Part shown: positions 24,222-36,100 of the stretch, in pieces
Position numbering within the stretch: the stretch's first letter is position 1
Layout of the letters: every line of letters begins with the position of its first letter
Notes under the pieces: model-generated
What the model saw: only the letters and a program-made list of their open reading frames with translations
Databases searched by the model: none
Told to the model about the DNA's origin: nothing
Virus record (IMG/VR): IMGVR_UViG_3300002026_000006
Location: 26,342-90,341 of that record
DNA length: 64,000 nt
Origin: a virus
Taxonomy: Duplodnaviria > Caudoviricetes
Strand: one strand, 5' to 3'
Program-made: the position numbers and the translations under genes

Positions 24222-25559
24222 ATGCCTGCTGATCGTAATACATTTAAGTCCCCTGGTGATATTAATATTACTAGGATATCTTTGCACAAGAAACCCGGTG
24301 ACGATGGAATAAATTTAACTCAATATTTGTTTGAGTTAAATTTATTTGAAGATTTGTTTTCTCCAACAATGTCAGGGACAATGCTAATTACCGATTCTAT
24401 CGGGTTATCTAGTAGATTGCCATTGGTCGGCGGTGAATCGGTTCAGATAGCATACAATACTCCAGAAATTGGTGAATATGGAAAGATAACAAAAAGATTC
24501 ATAGTCTACAAATTGGAATCTAAAGTAGCAATAAATTCTAAAACAATTTATGTTTTACATATTATAAGCGAGTTTGCATATATGGATAGTATGAAAAAAC
24601 TATCCAGAAAATATACTGGGCCTGCGGTAAAAATAATTAAAGAAATTTTAGAAAAAGAATTAAAGTTTGATATTAATAGGGATGGCTTTTCTTATAATGC
24701 TCTAGAGGAAAATCGAAATTTTATAGAGTTTGTGGCACCTAATTGGTCCCCTCTGACGGTCATCAACAGGGTAACTGCTATGTGTTCTGACCAAGATTCC
24801 TTATCAACCGATGGTGAATTAGCAAGTTATTTATTTTTTGAGTCTGCATGGTGTCTTAATTTTTTCTCTCTAACTGATTTAATTGGTGTTGATGATACGG
24901 ATGAATCTGGTAATAATATCGATACTACAAATAAAGTAGCAAAAGAGAATACTTTCTTTTATGATCAAAATCCAAATAGAGTCGATGGTATGCGAGATTA
25001 TTATTCGGAAATGCAACAAATAAAAGATATGAGAGTTGATGCCCAATTCGATATGTTAGATAGGCTGACAACTGGATTTTATAAAAATCAGGTCATTGAA
25101 TTTGATATCATTAAAAAGCACGTGAATATTCTTAAACCATATGAATATCTACAGACTTTTAAAGGCGGAAAATATTCAATGAATGATTTCACAGTAAATC
25201 CTGAGAATATGGAAGTTGGTGATGGGAAATATAATTCACATACTACTTTTAATAGAGCTTTGGCTAAAAAAGATATCTCAATAAATCCAGTAAAAAATAG
25301 AGTTTGCTTGGGACTTTTAAATACGGTTAGTATGGAGATTGTTGTTCATGGCAGAAGTGATTTGTCGGTTGGCACTAAGATAAGCATAAATATGCCAAGT
25401 TCAGTTTCACCTGATTCATCTTCTAGCTCTGTGGCAGTAGACAAACTAATAAGTGGGACATATCTAATTACTGCGGTGCAGCATAGAATTAATGAATTTA
25501 AACATAGTATGATATTGAGAATTTCAACAGATAGTTATGGCATGGATACTTCAAAATGA
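24222..25559 (+). CDS. Baseplate hub protein (gp27/VgrG-N-like)
   Basis: ELNLFEDLFSPTMSGTMLI.D...L...LPLVGGE, PNWSP, YLFFES, V.GRSDL.VG, SG.YLITAV.H; lies between gp53 and gp5. Confidence 0.7.
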   Translation: MPADRNTFKSPGDINITRISLHKKPGDDGINLTQYLFELNLFEDLFSPTMSGTMLITDSIGLSSRLPLVGGESVQIAYNTPEIGEYGKITKRFIVYKLESKVAINSKTIYVLHIISEFAYMDSMKKLSRKYTGPAVKIIKEILEKELKFDINRDGFSYNALEENRNFIEFVAPNWSPLTVINRVTAMCSDQDSLSTDGELASYLFFESAWCLNFFSLTDLIGVDDTDESGNNIDTTNKVAKENTFFYDQNPNRVDGMRDYYSEMQQIKDMRVDAQFDMLDRLTTGFYKNQVIEFDIIKKHVNILKPYEYLQTFKGGKYSMNDFTVNPENMEVGDGKYNSHTTFNRALAKKDISINPVKNRVCLGLLNTVSMEIVVHGRSDLSVGTKISINMPSSVSPDSSSSSVAVDKLISGTYLITAVQHRINEFKHSMILRISTDSYGMDTSK

Positions 25560-27985
25560 ACAATAATTTTTGGTTTGGGTGCGTAGAATCTCGCAATGAT
25601 GATTTAAAATTGGGTAGATATAGGGTTAGAGTATCTGGATTACACACCGATGATAAATCTATTTTGCCAACTGATGATTTACCTTGGGCCACATGCTTGC
25701 AGCCAACAACATCAGCAGCCACTTCTGGAATTGGGCAAAATCCTGGTTTGGTCAATGGGTCATGGGTCATGGTCGTCTTTACTAGCAATGATTATCAGGT
25801 TCCTATTATCTTAGGGTCTATAGCTGGTATACCCGGTAAACCTAATGAAGAGTATGATTTAGATGAAATACAAGCACCGCCAGCAGCCGAGGCAACACCA
25901 TCAGAAAAGGTAGCAGGAATTGAAGCTGGAGTATATAAACCAGAGATATTATCTGCTGGACAGCCATATCTAGGAACATTAACTTTAGCTCAGTATAATC
26001 AATATTGTGCTAAAGTAAGAATGATAGAATCATCAAATCAGTATGATAATACTAAAAATCCTTTAGGATATATTGGCGCATATCAATTTGGAGCACAGGC
26101 GTTAGAAACTAATGGGTATATTAAAGCTGGATCATGGGCAAGACTAGGAAGTAATAAAAAAATATTTGACGACACTAGCAACTGGACAGGAAAAGACGGA
26201 GCAACAAGCAAACAGGCATTTTTAGCCAGTGTGTCAGCCCAAGATAAGGCTATGCTTTTATATACACAATGGGATTATAAAATGATGCTCAGAAGGAACC
26301 AAATTGGTCCTAATACTGACCCTAGAGTATTGGCTGGTTTGCTTGGGGCCACACACAATCAGGGACACTCAGTTGTTGCGCCATTGCTTAGGGGTGTGAC
26401 CACCAAAGATGGTAATGGGACAACTGCACAAAGTTATTATGATAGGTGCTATGCAGCCATCACAGTAGAACAAGGACAACAAACAAATACCACGCCTTCA
26501 CCGATACCAGAAAACCCTAAACCTATTCCAAATGAGGATGTTTTATCTCCACCTAAAACCCCAAAAGTTATCAGCAAAAAAGACGGATTCGCCGACCCAG
26601 AGGGAAAATACCCAACGGTTTATGATGAACCTGATACCAATAGGTTAGTTAGAGGTCAAAATATATCAAAAACGATTGTCGGAATCAAAGAAAAATCTAG
26701 AACAAAAGGTATTCGTGTTGGGTTGAGTGAATTGAGTTGGGATCAACCATCGATTCAATATGCTGCGAAATATCCGTATAATCATGCTAATGTATCTGAA
26801 TCTGGTCATGTATTTGAAATGGATGATACAGTTAATGCAGAAAGAGTCCATTTATACCATAGAGCAGGATCGTTCATTGAAATTGATCAGGCTGGAAACC
26901 AAGTTAATAAAATATTTGGTCATGGTATTGAGATTATTGAAAGAGATGGTTATATTAGCATCAAAGGCAATTGTCATATTAATGTTGATGGTGCATGTAC
27001 AATTAATGCCACTTCACTTTTCATAGAAGCTGCAAAAATTAATATAGAGAGCGAAGATGTAAAATGGAAAACTAAAAACTTTGAAATGAAAGTAGAAGAA
27101 AAATTTGTTATCGAAAGCGATAAAGATATTACATTGAGCGCAAAAGAAGAATTCTATGCCAATTCTACTGGTGGTATGCACATCAATAGTTCATCAAGTA
27201 AGGTTGACATTTCAGCAAGCCAAGATGTTATTGTTAATGGTAGTAAGATTCAATTAAATAGCGTTGCTAGTAGCTTAGGCACGCCAGGAAAATACGCCGA
27301 TATTAAGAAATTCTCTGGAGAAATTATGAATATATCATCTGTATCTTTTTCGGATGCTGAAGCGGCATCTTTAGATCAACACCCTATCGTTAGCGTTATT
27401 GCTGCTGATGAAATTGCTGCTGGTCCACCTGATATTCCGCATAGACCTATTGTGCCTGATGTTGTCCCACCCCCACCACCTCCTATTAATACCAGTGAAT
27501 GCCCTATATTTGATCTGACATTAGGAAATAATATACAAGTTTCTCCGAATTTTAAACTGAGAGATTTATGTGATTCCCCTATTAAAGCTGTGCATGGATT
27601 GTCATTGCAGCAGCTTATATGCAATCTGAGCCATTTGGCTAATAATGTTCTTGAGCCTCTGCGCGTAGTTTATGGAAAATCATTGAAGATTAATAGTTGC
27701 TGGAGATATAAAAATACGAGTTCTCAACATGAACGCGGAGAAGCTGTTGATATTGGGTTTACTGATGTTGTGTGGAAAACTGCAGCAGAAAGAAAAACAC
27801 AATATTTTGAGAGAGCTAAGAAAATAGTTGGTATGGTTCCTTACGATCAATTTTTATTTGAAACAAGATCAGATCATCAAGTATGGATTCATATATCATA
27901 TACTAAAAATAAAAATAGAAAACAAGTTTTGACATTGTTGAATGATAAAACCGTTGATCGTGATAAAATCGTGCTTCATACATAA
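25556..27985 (+). CDS. gp5: Baseplate spike gp5 with an internal lysozyme-like domain and a C-terminal M15 peptidase
   Basis: OB domain (WFGCVESRND..KLGRYRVRV.GLH...LPWA), ESS..Y...N..GYIGAYQFG, YPYNH...SESGHVFEMDDT beta-helix, INSCWR...SQHERGEAVD...WIHISY. Confidence 0.9.
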   Translation: MNNNFWFGCVESRNDDLKLGRYRVRVSGLHTDDKSILPTDDLPWATCLQPTTSAATSGIGQNPGLVNGSWVMVVFTSNDYQVPIILGSIAGIPGKPNEEYDLDEIQAPPAAEATPSEKVAGIEAGVYKPEILSAGQPYLGTLTLAQYNQYCAKVRMIESSNQYDNTKNPLGYIGAYQFGAQALETNGYIKAGSWARLGSNKKIFDDTSNWTGKDGATSKQAFLASVSAQDKAMLLYTQWDYKMMLRRNQIGPNTDPRVLAGLLGATHNQGHSVVAPLLRGVTTKDGNGTTAQSYYDRCYAAITVEQGQQTNTTPSPIPENPKPIPNEDVLSPPKTPKVISKKDGFADPEGKYPTVYDEPDTNRLVRGQNISKTIVGIKEKSRTKGIRVGLSELSWDQPSIQYAAKYPYNHANVSESGHVFEMDDTVNAERVHLYHRAGSFIEIDQAGNQVNKIFGHGIEIIERDGYISIKGNCHINVDGACTINATSLFIEAAKINIESEDVKWKTKNFEMKVEEKFVIESDKDITLSAKEEFYANSTGGMHINSSSSKVDISASQDVIVNGSKIQLNSVASSLGTPGKYADIKKFSGEIMNISSVSFSDAEAASLDQHPIVSVIAADEIAAGPPDIPHRPIVPDVVPPPPPPINTSECPIFDLTLGNNIQVSPNFKLRDLCDSPIKAVHGLSLQQLICNLSHLANNVLEPLRVVYGKSLKINSCWRYKNTSSQHERGEAVDIGFTDVVWKTAAERKTQYFERAKKIVGMVPYDQFLFETRSDHQVWIHISYTKNKNRKQVLTLLNDKTVDRDKIVLHT

Positions 27986-27989
27986 TTGG

Positions 27990-27997
27990 TATAAATA
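27990..27997 (+). promoter_or_regulatory. T4 late promoter TATAAATA
   Basis: Exact consensus before gp25. Confidence 0.75.
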
Positions 27998-28006
27998 TTA
28001 CTAAAA

Positions 28007-28408
28007 ATGCAAACATACTCAGACTTAGATTTAAATTTCTACAGACACCCTGGCAGCGGCGATGTTTCTCGTATTTTCAATCTTGATGCAATAAAAAACG
28101 CAATATTCAATATACTCAATGGCAAGCCATTTGAAAAGCCATTTGATGAATTTTATGGTACTGCTGTTAGAGAATTGCTATTTTCTTTATATTCTCCAAT
28201 GACTCCAATTATTGTTAAAAGAATATTAAAGGAAAAATTAGAGTTATACGAACCTAGAATTACTATAGATAGTGTAGTTGTTAACCGTGGAACCGAAGCA
28301 GGTAACAATTTTAATATGGATAGAAATTCATTAACAGTGGATGTTGTTTACACAGTAAAAGAATATGGAACGCAAACCTTACAAATAGAAATGGAACGAC
28401 TCAGATGA
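28007..28408 (+). CDS. gp25: Baseplate wedge protein gp25
   Basis: YSDLDLNF..HP...DV......AIKNAI.NIL....EKPF...G..V..LLF, YEPRI. Confidence 0.92.
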   Translation: MQTYSDLDLNFYRHPGSGDVSRIFNLDAIKNAIFNILNGKPFEKPFDEFYGTAVRELLFSLYSPMTPIIVKRILKEKLELYEPRITIDSVVVNRGTEAGNNFNMDRNSLTVDVVYTVKEYGTQTLQIEMERLR

Positions 28409-30198
28409 CCACTAAAATTAAAGTCACGGATTTTGATTTTGATACAATTAAACTTGACTTCAAAACATTTCTAAGCACACGTCCAGAATTTACTGATTAT
28501 AATTTTGAAGGGTCAAATTTAAACGTCTTGCTTGATATTCTTGCATATAACACAAATTATCATGCTCTTATGGCTAATTTCTTAGCTAATGAAATGTTTC
28601 TTGATACCGCATCTAAAAGATCGTCTGTAGTATCTCATTCTAAAACTCTTGGTTATGTGCCAAAATCTAGATCAGCAAGCAAGTTAATAACAAATATTGA
28701 CATCAGCTATTTGTCTACTCAGGCACAGGTGTCAAATTATCTGTTGAAAAAAGGTTCACCAGTATTTCGCACGATCATTGATAATTCAAGCTATATTTTT
28801 ACTACTGCAAGTAATTATTCTGCTCCTATTATCCAAGATTCTTTAAATCCAAATAGTTACACAATTCATTATGAGAATGTCATTTTATATGAGGGAGCTT
28901 TTACCACAAATAATTTGATATATAATTCTCTTACCAAGTTTGTTACTATACCTAATTTAGATATTGACCTATCCACATTGGTCGTCATGGTACATGACCC
29001 AAGAAGAGAATCATACGATAATTATTCATATGCAAAAAATCTTTTAGATATTGATGCTGACAATAAGGTATATTTTATCCAAGAAGGATTTGATGGTAAA
29101 TTTCAGATTTACTTTGGTGATAGTACATTTGGCACTGAGCCAATTGATAAATCAGATATTCTTATCACTTACATGGTAACGCATGGGGCTGAAGCTAATG
29201 GTGCTACTAATTGGATTCTACAAAATCCTGATTCGTCTATAATGGTGTCTCAATTTGATCATTTGCCAATAACTGGAGTTTCAGTCGGAGGAACCGACAG
29301 GGAAACTATTTCCTCTATTAAGTTTAATTCAATTAACCATTTTGGCACCCAAAATCGTGCTGTTGTATCAAATGATTATGCAGTATTAGCACAGCAATAT
29401 TCAGATAATATTAAAGCAGTTATTGCGTGGGGCGGTGAAGATGATTTGCCTCCAGTATATAATACGGTCATGTTATGTGCCATACCAGTATATGGGGAAG
29501 ACTTAACTTTTCAAGAAAAAGAGTATCTAACGAAATACTTAAAAACTAAAGCGGTAGGCTCGACAAATATTGTCTTTAAATCTCCACAATATCTTGATCT
29601 TAAAATTTCTGTTGAATTTACTTATGATACTAAGCTTATTAGATTATCAGTATATGAATTGGAAGCAAGCGTTAGAGAAACTATTGGATTATATGCAAAA
29701 GAGTATTTGTATAACTTTTCTGGTTCTTTTAAAGAATCTAAATTTCTTGCATTACTAGATAAAGTAAATGAATCGATAACTGGCACTACAATAAATGTTA
29801 ACTTGGTTAAGGTATTACCAATTCAGAAATTTATGCAACAGACTCATATTGTGGATTTTTCAAATCCTATTGATACTCAGTCTTTATATCCAGCTATTAC
29901 ATCAACTGGATTTTATACAACAGGGACAACTGAAGTATGTTATCTTGCTGATGATAGAAAAGGTAAATTGAAAATAGTGAAATATAATGTTAACGGTGTT
30001 TTGGAAGATTTTAAAACTGACGTAGGGGATATTAATTACCTAAACGGTAAAATGTCGGTTTCATTATATATTACATCGACAAAAGACGTAAGTTTTAAAA
30101 TATTTGTCAATCCAAAGGTAAATAATATAGTATCTTCAAGAAATAATATTTTGCGTATCGTTAACGAAAATGTTGTGGTTGTTTCTAAAGGCGAATAA
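28405..30198 (+). CDS. gp6: Baseplate wedge protein gp6
   Basis: DFDFDTIK..F..FL....EFTDYNFEGSNLNVLLDILAYNT, EMFLDTA..RSSVVSH.K.LGY.P.S, QNRAVV.NDY. Confidence 0.95.
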   Translation: MTTKIKVTDFDFDTIKLDFKTFLSTRPEFTDYNFEGSNLNVLLDILAYNTNYHALMANFLANEMFLDTASKRSSVVSHSKTLGYVPKSRSASKLITNIDISYLSTQAQVSNYLLKKGSPVFRTIIDNSSYIFTTASNYSAPIIQDSLNPNSYTIHYENVILYEGAFTTNNLIYNSLTKFVTIPNLDIDLSTLVVMVHDPRRESYDNYSYAKNLLDIDADNKVYFIQEGFDGKFQIYFGDSTFGTEPIDKSDILITYMVTHGAEANGATNWILQNPDSSIMVSQFDHLPITGVSVGGTDRETISSIKFNSINHFGTQNRAVVSNDYAVLAQQYSDNIKAVIAWGGEDDLPPVYNTVMLCAIPVYGEDLTFQEKEYLTKYLKTKAVGSTNIVFKSPQYLDLKISVEFTYDTKLIRLSVYELEASVRETIGLYAKEYLYNFSGSFKESKFLALLDKVNESITGTTINVNLVKVLPIQKFMQQTHIVDFSNPIDTQSLYPAITSTGFYTTGTTEVCYLADDRKGKLKIVKYNVNGVLEDFKTDVGDINYLNGKMSVSLYITSTKDVSFKIFVNPKVNNIVSSRNNILRIVNENVVVVSKGE

Positions 30199-33100
30199 TG
30201 CAATTGCAAAAACCAAAAGTATCAGAACTAATTCAATATAGATTACCTGATTGGATATCTTCTAAACCTCAATTTGTAAATTTTATTAAATACTACTATG
30301 AGTGGTTAGAAACTAAAGGGAATCCTCTTGAATTTCTTAGAAATTTGGTTGAGTATAGCGATATTGACGAGGCACCATCAGAATTTGATGACCTTATTAT
30401 AAATAAAATCATTTCTTTTGTGCCAGCAGATTCTGCCATCGATAGGACTCTGTTGGTTAAAAACGTCAAGGCATTTCTTAGAGCAAAGGGTTCAGAAGAG
30501 TCTTTAAACTTCATTATGAAAGCTGTTTATAATGAAGAGGCTTATCGTGTAAACATGACAGATCATGTTATCCGTGCTTCTGATAATGAGAGTGATCAAT
30601 TTGCCTATATTGCTATTGAAATTTTTGATTCAATAAACCACGATTTTTATGATTGTGTTGGTTCATATTTGGTACAGTTAGAACCAGCAGCATCCGTTAG
30701 AATTGAAGATTCTCAGTATAGAGTTACTGATGATGGTAGAATGTTCAACGTCATCAAATTTGACCCTCGTTACATAAATGGCGAGTTTAATATTGGTAGA
30801 GAAGTTAGAGCTATAAAAAAGATAGCCGATCCTACTTTCTTTGAAATAACAGAATACTCGACTGCCATCGGGTTTGATATTGAAACGAAATCCATTAGAT
30901 TCCTTTCTGACAAAAATCTTAGATTATATGTAGGACAATTAATATTTTCTTTGGATGGTGGGTTTCGTGGAGTAATTTCTTCGTTGGGTCAATATTTTAT
31001 TAACTCAAATAATAAACATGACTATACTATTGGATTATCAGAATATTCAATGCCTATAGTATATTCTAATGATGTTATTGGATATTTTGACGATTATACT
31101 TTAACCGTAACGTCTGCATTAATAAGTAATTTAGCAGTAGGTCAAATACTATCTGGTGATAATATTATTTTTGGAACATATATTTCAGAAATATTAACTG
31201 GTTCTGGTGGAGTTGGTACATATAAAGTAAGTAAATCACAAACTCTACCATCATCTTCTTTTATTGCGATAAAAACCATTACTTTGGGCGAAGAGGTATA
31301 TCTATGCACATTAGCAGCAGAAGATAGCCATATAACAAAAAACAATTTTTCATATGGTAAAGTTTCCAATAGCATCGGCGACTTTGAACATACCAATCCA
31401 GCTTCTGGATATTATGAAAACATGCATGTAGAGGTCAGGGGCGGTAATGGTAAAGGATGTGATGCCTATATCGGAGAAACCACGACTGGTGGTGTTGACT
31501 CAATAATTATTATTGATGGTGGTAGTAATTATAGGGTAGGTGATCCAATTGAAATCACTGAGAAACTTTCTGGTGGATATGGATTCGATGCGTATGTAAA
31601 TAATACTGACGGTTTTGGTGGTAAGCTAGATGCTATCATGCAGATTGATTCCATTATTATCAATAATGGTGGATATGCATATTCTGTCGGAGATACTTTT
31701 CAGCTACCGATATTGAATAATTTGTTAGGTTCGCCAATAACTTTAACGGTATCATCTGTCGCAACTGCTGGCACTCCGACATTAAAAGGATTTAAGATTT
31801 TAAATTCTGGCAAGGGATATAGGACTGCTAAGGCAACTTTGGTTTCTTATAATAATATCACAGTTGTCGATGGAGTTATTACGGCATCCATTACAACGAT
31901 AGTTCCAATAACTGGATTATCTTTGGAATATTATACAGTTAATAACAATAGGACTGAACAATATTCAATTAATGCTTCTCCAGTTAACTTTGCTGATGCT
32001 ATTATCGATGTAAAGCCAACAATTTTCCCTGCACCACATGCTAATCTAGGAACATCAGCAAATGGGTCTACAAATGCCTATTTGGTTTTCAATGGCTTTG
32101 GGGCATCATTCACTTCAACCGTAGGCAGTGGAATAATCACAGAGATTGCTGTAGCCAAAGGCGGATATGCATACGTTGATCCAGTTATTCAAATTTCAGA
32201 TACTTCTGGTAAAGGTGCAACTGCTAAAGCAATTAAGGATGCCAATGGTGTAATCACATCGATTGTGGTTCTATCTGGTGGATCAAATTATTCTGGTTCT
32301 CCGCAAATAAGAGTTTATGACCGTTCAGGTGAAGGGTTTATTGCACAAGCTATATGTAATACTACTTTACTTGGTACGATTTCAGGATTTACTGCTTTAG
32401 TAGGCAACGCAAAGGGAGAGTTTAATTCTCTGCCAGAATCTTCCGAACATATTCCATATTCTCCCGCATCCACAGTATCTGGTAATGGTTTAGTATTATC
32501 TCTAACCTATAGTGTAAAAAGATTATTGGTAACAGAACAAGGATATGGATATTCAAATCCACAGACTTATTATGCTTGTAGCTCTTCAAATGGGTCGAAT
32601 ATAATAACTACCACTTTGGATTTCGATAATGTCCAAGTTGGTATGTATGTATCTGAAGCATCTGGTACAATTATTCCAGCAAGAGCTAGAATCGTTAGTA
32701 TTGGGTATACTACTGGAGTACCTAAAACTATTACTCTGGATAAAACATTATCCAACACAGTATCTGAGATTATCGTTGATAAAAATATTATTATCAGCAA
32801 AGAAGGCATTGGTAATAATGTTGAGTTATTTCCAGTTATTGAGGATGGTAGATTAGAGAATGTAGTAATAACGAATTCTGGTAATGATTATTCATCAAAT
32901 TCAGTCATTACTTTTTCTGGCGGCACAATACAAGCAGCAGCAAATCTTATTGTAAGAAATGGAAAAATTGTCGAAGTTGATATGACCGCTTACGGCACTG
33001 GATACACTGAAAATAATTTTGCTTTTGAAGTCAATTCAACTGCTGGCGCATATTATCAAAAAGAATTGGATGCGCTTGTTCATATTTCAGGAACTGGCGC

Positions 33101-36100
33101 TATCATTTCTGTGGACGTAATTTCTGGCGGTAGAGGATATGTCGCGGCATCTACGAAGCTTTATATTGAAGGCAGCAGCAACACAGATGCCACATTGACC
33201 GTTGACATTGAAACTGGCGTTGATGTGCTAACGGTTGAAAGTTTAGGCAAAGAGGGAGCATTTACAGTTTCCTACACAGACAGGTGGTTGAGTCTGATTG
33301 ATTCGTCTGGAATCATGCAGACAGTTCAGCTTAAAACTCAAAATATTTTAGATACTGGCGCTGGTTCAGGTGGTGTAGTTTCATTTTATATTAACCCAAA
33401 TGGTAAATTGGCAACAAACAAATATGGTGTTGCTTGGATGTGGGTATCATCAGCAGGCACAAATTATACTGCTCCTTATTTAAATTGGAGTGGTAATTAT
33501 CCTGTTATTAAGCTAGGTAGCACTAAGAGAATCAAAAAAGTCAATGTTATTTCTGGTGGTTCTGGTTATGACCCATATACTGAAATATTTGTGGTTGGTG
33601 TTGGGGCTGGATGTCAATTAGCCCCTATGATCGACGGTTCCTCTGGAGTATCTTCTGTTGATGTTCTTGCTACTGCATTAACAAACAAGGGATATACGAA
33701 ATATCCAACATTGTTAGTGGATGATATTTCAAATTTTGGAAAAATATCAGAGATAAAGATTAAAAATCCTGGAACTGGATTTAAAAAGTTTCCTGGATTA
33801 AGATGCGAGCTTTATAGAACTACCATTGTTCTAGATTCATCAAGCGGGTCATCTGTTACTACAATCAAATATACTGGACCAACCAACGACAGACCTAATC
33901 CTGCTATGGGAGCAAAGCTATTAGCAGTGTCTAGCACAATTGGAGGTATTAAGAAACTAGATCAGGAAAATTTTGGTTATGGGTATGATGAAATTCCAGA
34001 AGTTTTGTATCCTGTATCTATGATTGTTAAAAATGCAGAAAATTTCAGATTAAATGAGAAGGTTTCTCATACCGGATTTACCTCGTCACAAATCGGGACT
34101 CATTTAGTTAGTATCAAAGGAAATGACAATTCAGATGTTGAAATAACATTTGATGATTCTCCTTATGGGTATGGTATAAACATAGGCCAAACATTGACAT
34201 TATCATCATCTACAGATAGATTCGATTATGATGTTACTGGTAAGATATTTACCGTTCATTCTATTAATAGTTTTGCTAAAACAGTTTCTGCGTATACTAC
34301 AGCGCTAATTCCAGATAATACATATACTTTATTGTTGCCTGATAAATTAGATTCTGATTTAATATTAGAAAATAAAGCAGCTAAAATTATTGGTATAGAT
34401 ACTACTAGAAACATGTTATGGATATCAAATCTAGATAATATCTATGATTATTCAGAGGAAGTATCTTATCTAGCTGAAGGCACTGATGATGATGGAAAAG
34501 TAATTGTTTCTGAAAATTTTAATAGTATTTCGGATAATAAAAAGTTAATCGGACATGAATCACAAGCATCATCAGAAATTCTGTGGATGAATCGAGCCGC
34601 GAGTACGCCAAAACAAACTAGCATAGGAAAATCTAAAAAGTTTTTCAAATCAGGCAGAGGTTTATTAAATTCGTCAAGTATGTTTATGACGAATAGCTTA
34701 GACGTACAGGATTTTTGTTACGAAGTGCATTCTGGGTATGGTAAAGAAACATATTCTAATATGCTAAAGAATACGGTGCATCCTGCTGGCTATTATCTAT
34801 CTGGTGTAATTGACGACGTTACTGATACAACTTTGTTTTTGGAAAACAGACTCAATCCAGATTTGCCATTGCTTGATTTCGATAAAAAAGGCGACTTCGT
34901 TTATCTTGCTATTATTGGAACTCTGGCTTCACTATTCTTACTTAAAAATTACAGAGTCGATACAAAAGAACGATATAAGAATAGGTTATCAGAATCAATG
35001 CAAATGTTGGATTACTCGTTTAATATGATTAATGGCAACATACCTTCGTTTGAAATGTGGAATTATCCTAATTATAATGTTTGGTATAACAAAGCAGAAA
35101 CTGACGAACAGGATTATCACATTTGGGGTTCAAATTCAAAAGTAGCAGAAATAAAAACTACTCAGAATATAACTAATACTTGCGTATACACTCAAACTGG
35201 ATATGAAATAACATTTGATGCACCTACGCACGGTCTTTTAGTTGGAGATACTTTCAAAGTCTTTGCCCCAAACAAATATAAAGATCGTGGTACATTTTTC
35301 TTACGATTGACTGTATCATATTTTATTGATGATATGGTATTATACTCTGGTGTTTTATATCGATGCACTGCAAATTATACCACAAATGGTAACGAATTTA
35401 TAGAAGCCACGGCACCATCTGCATCTGCAAATTGGACAGTGTGCGAGGGTAATATTTCAGATTATATATTTATTGTGTCTACGGTAACAAACGCAAACTC
35501 GTTTAAAGCACTGTCAAGATTTAGTTCTAGCGCGACAGAAGCCACGCAAAGGCCATATCAAAAAGTAACTTCTGCCGTGACTGTGAGCGATTTTACCCGA
35601 ACAAATAATTTAGTAACCGTCACGAGCACGGATCATGGGCTGACGAGTGGAATTAACTCGTGGGTGTATGCATATTTTAAAACGGCTGGAAATGAGTTTA
35701 CTGCTTCGTATTCGGTAACGGGAACAACAACATCGGTTAATATCACATATAATAATCATGGATATTCCAACGGCGACAAGGTTTATGTTAATTTTGTGGC
35801 ATTGAATTCTACTCCAGCAACAATTCCAGTGTCTGGAGAATATGCGGTTTCTGGTGTTGGAACACATACTTTCACAATAACAAATCCAACCTCTTTATCT
35901 ACCCAATCTGGTGCAGTTTTTATTAACTCTAGATCAGATACAAACGGTAGATATTTTAATGTAACATCAGTACCGAATGCCAATACTTTTGTCATCGATG
36001 TTAATGCAAATGGTCATGCTCTCATTGCTGGAGAAAAAATTAACTGGATTAGGCCAGAAAAAATACTACCAAAATTTGATCGTCAAATTACACTTCGTGA

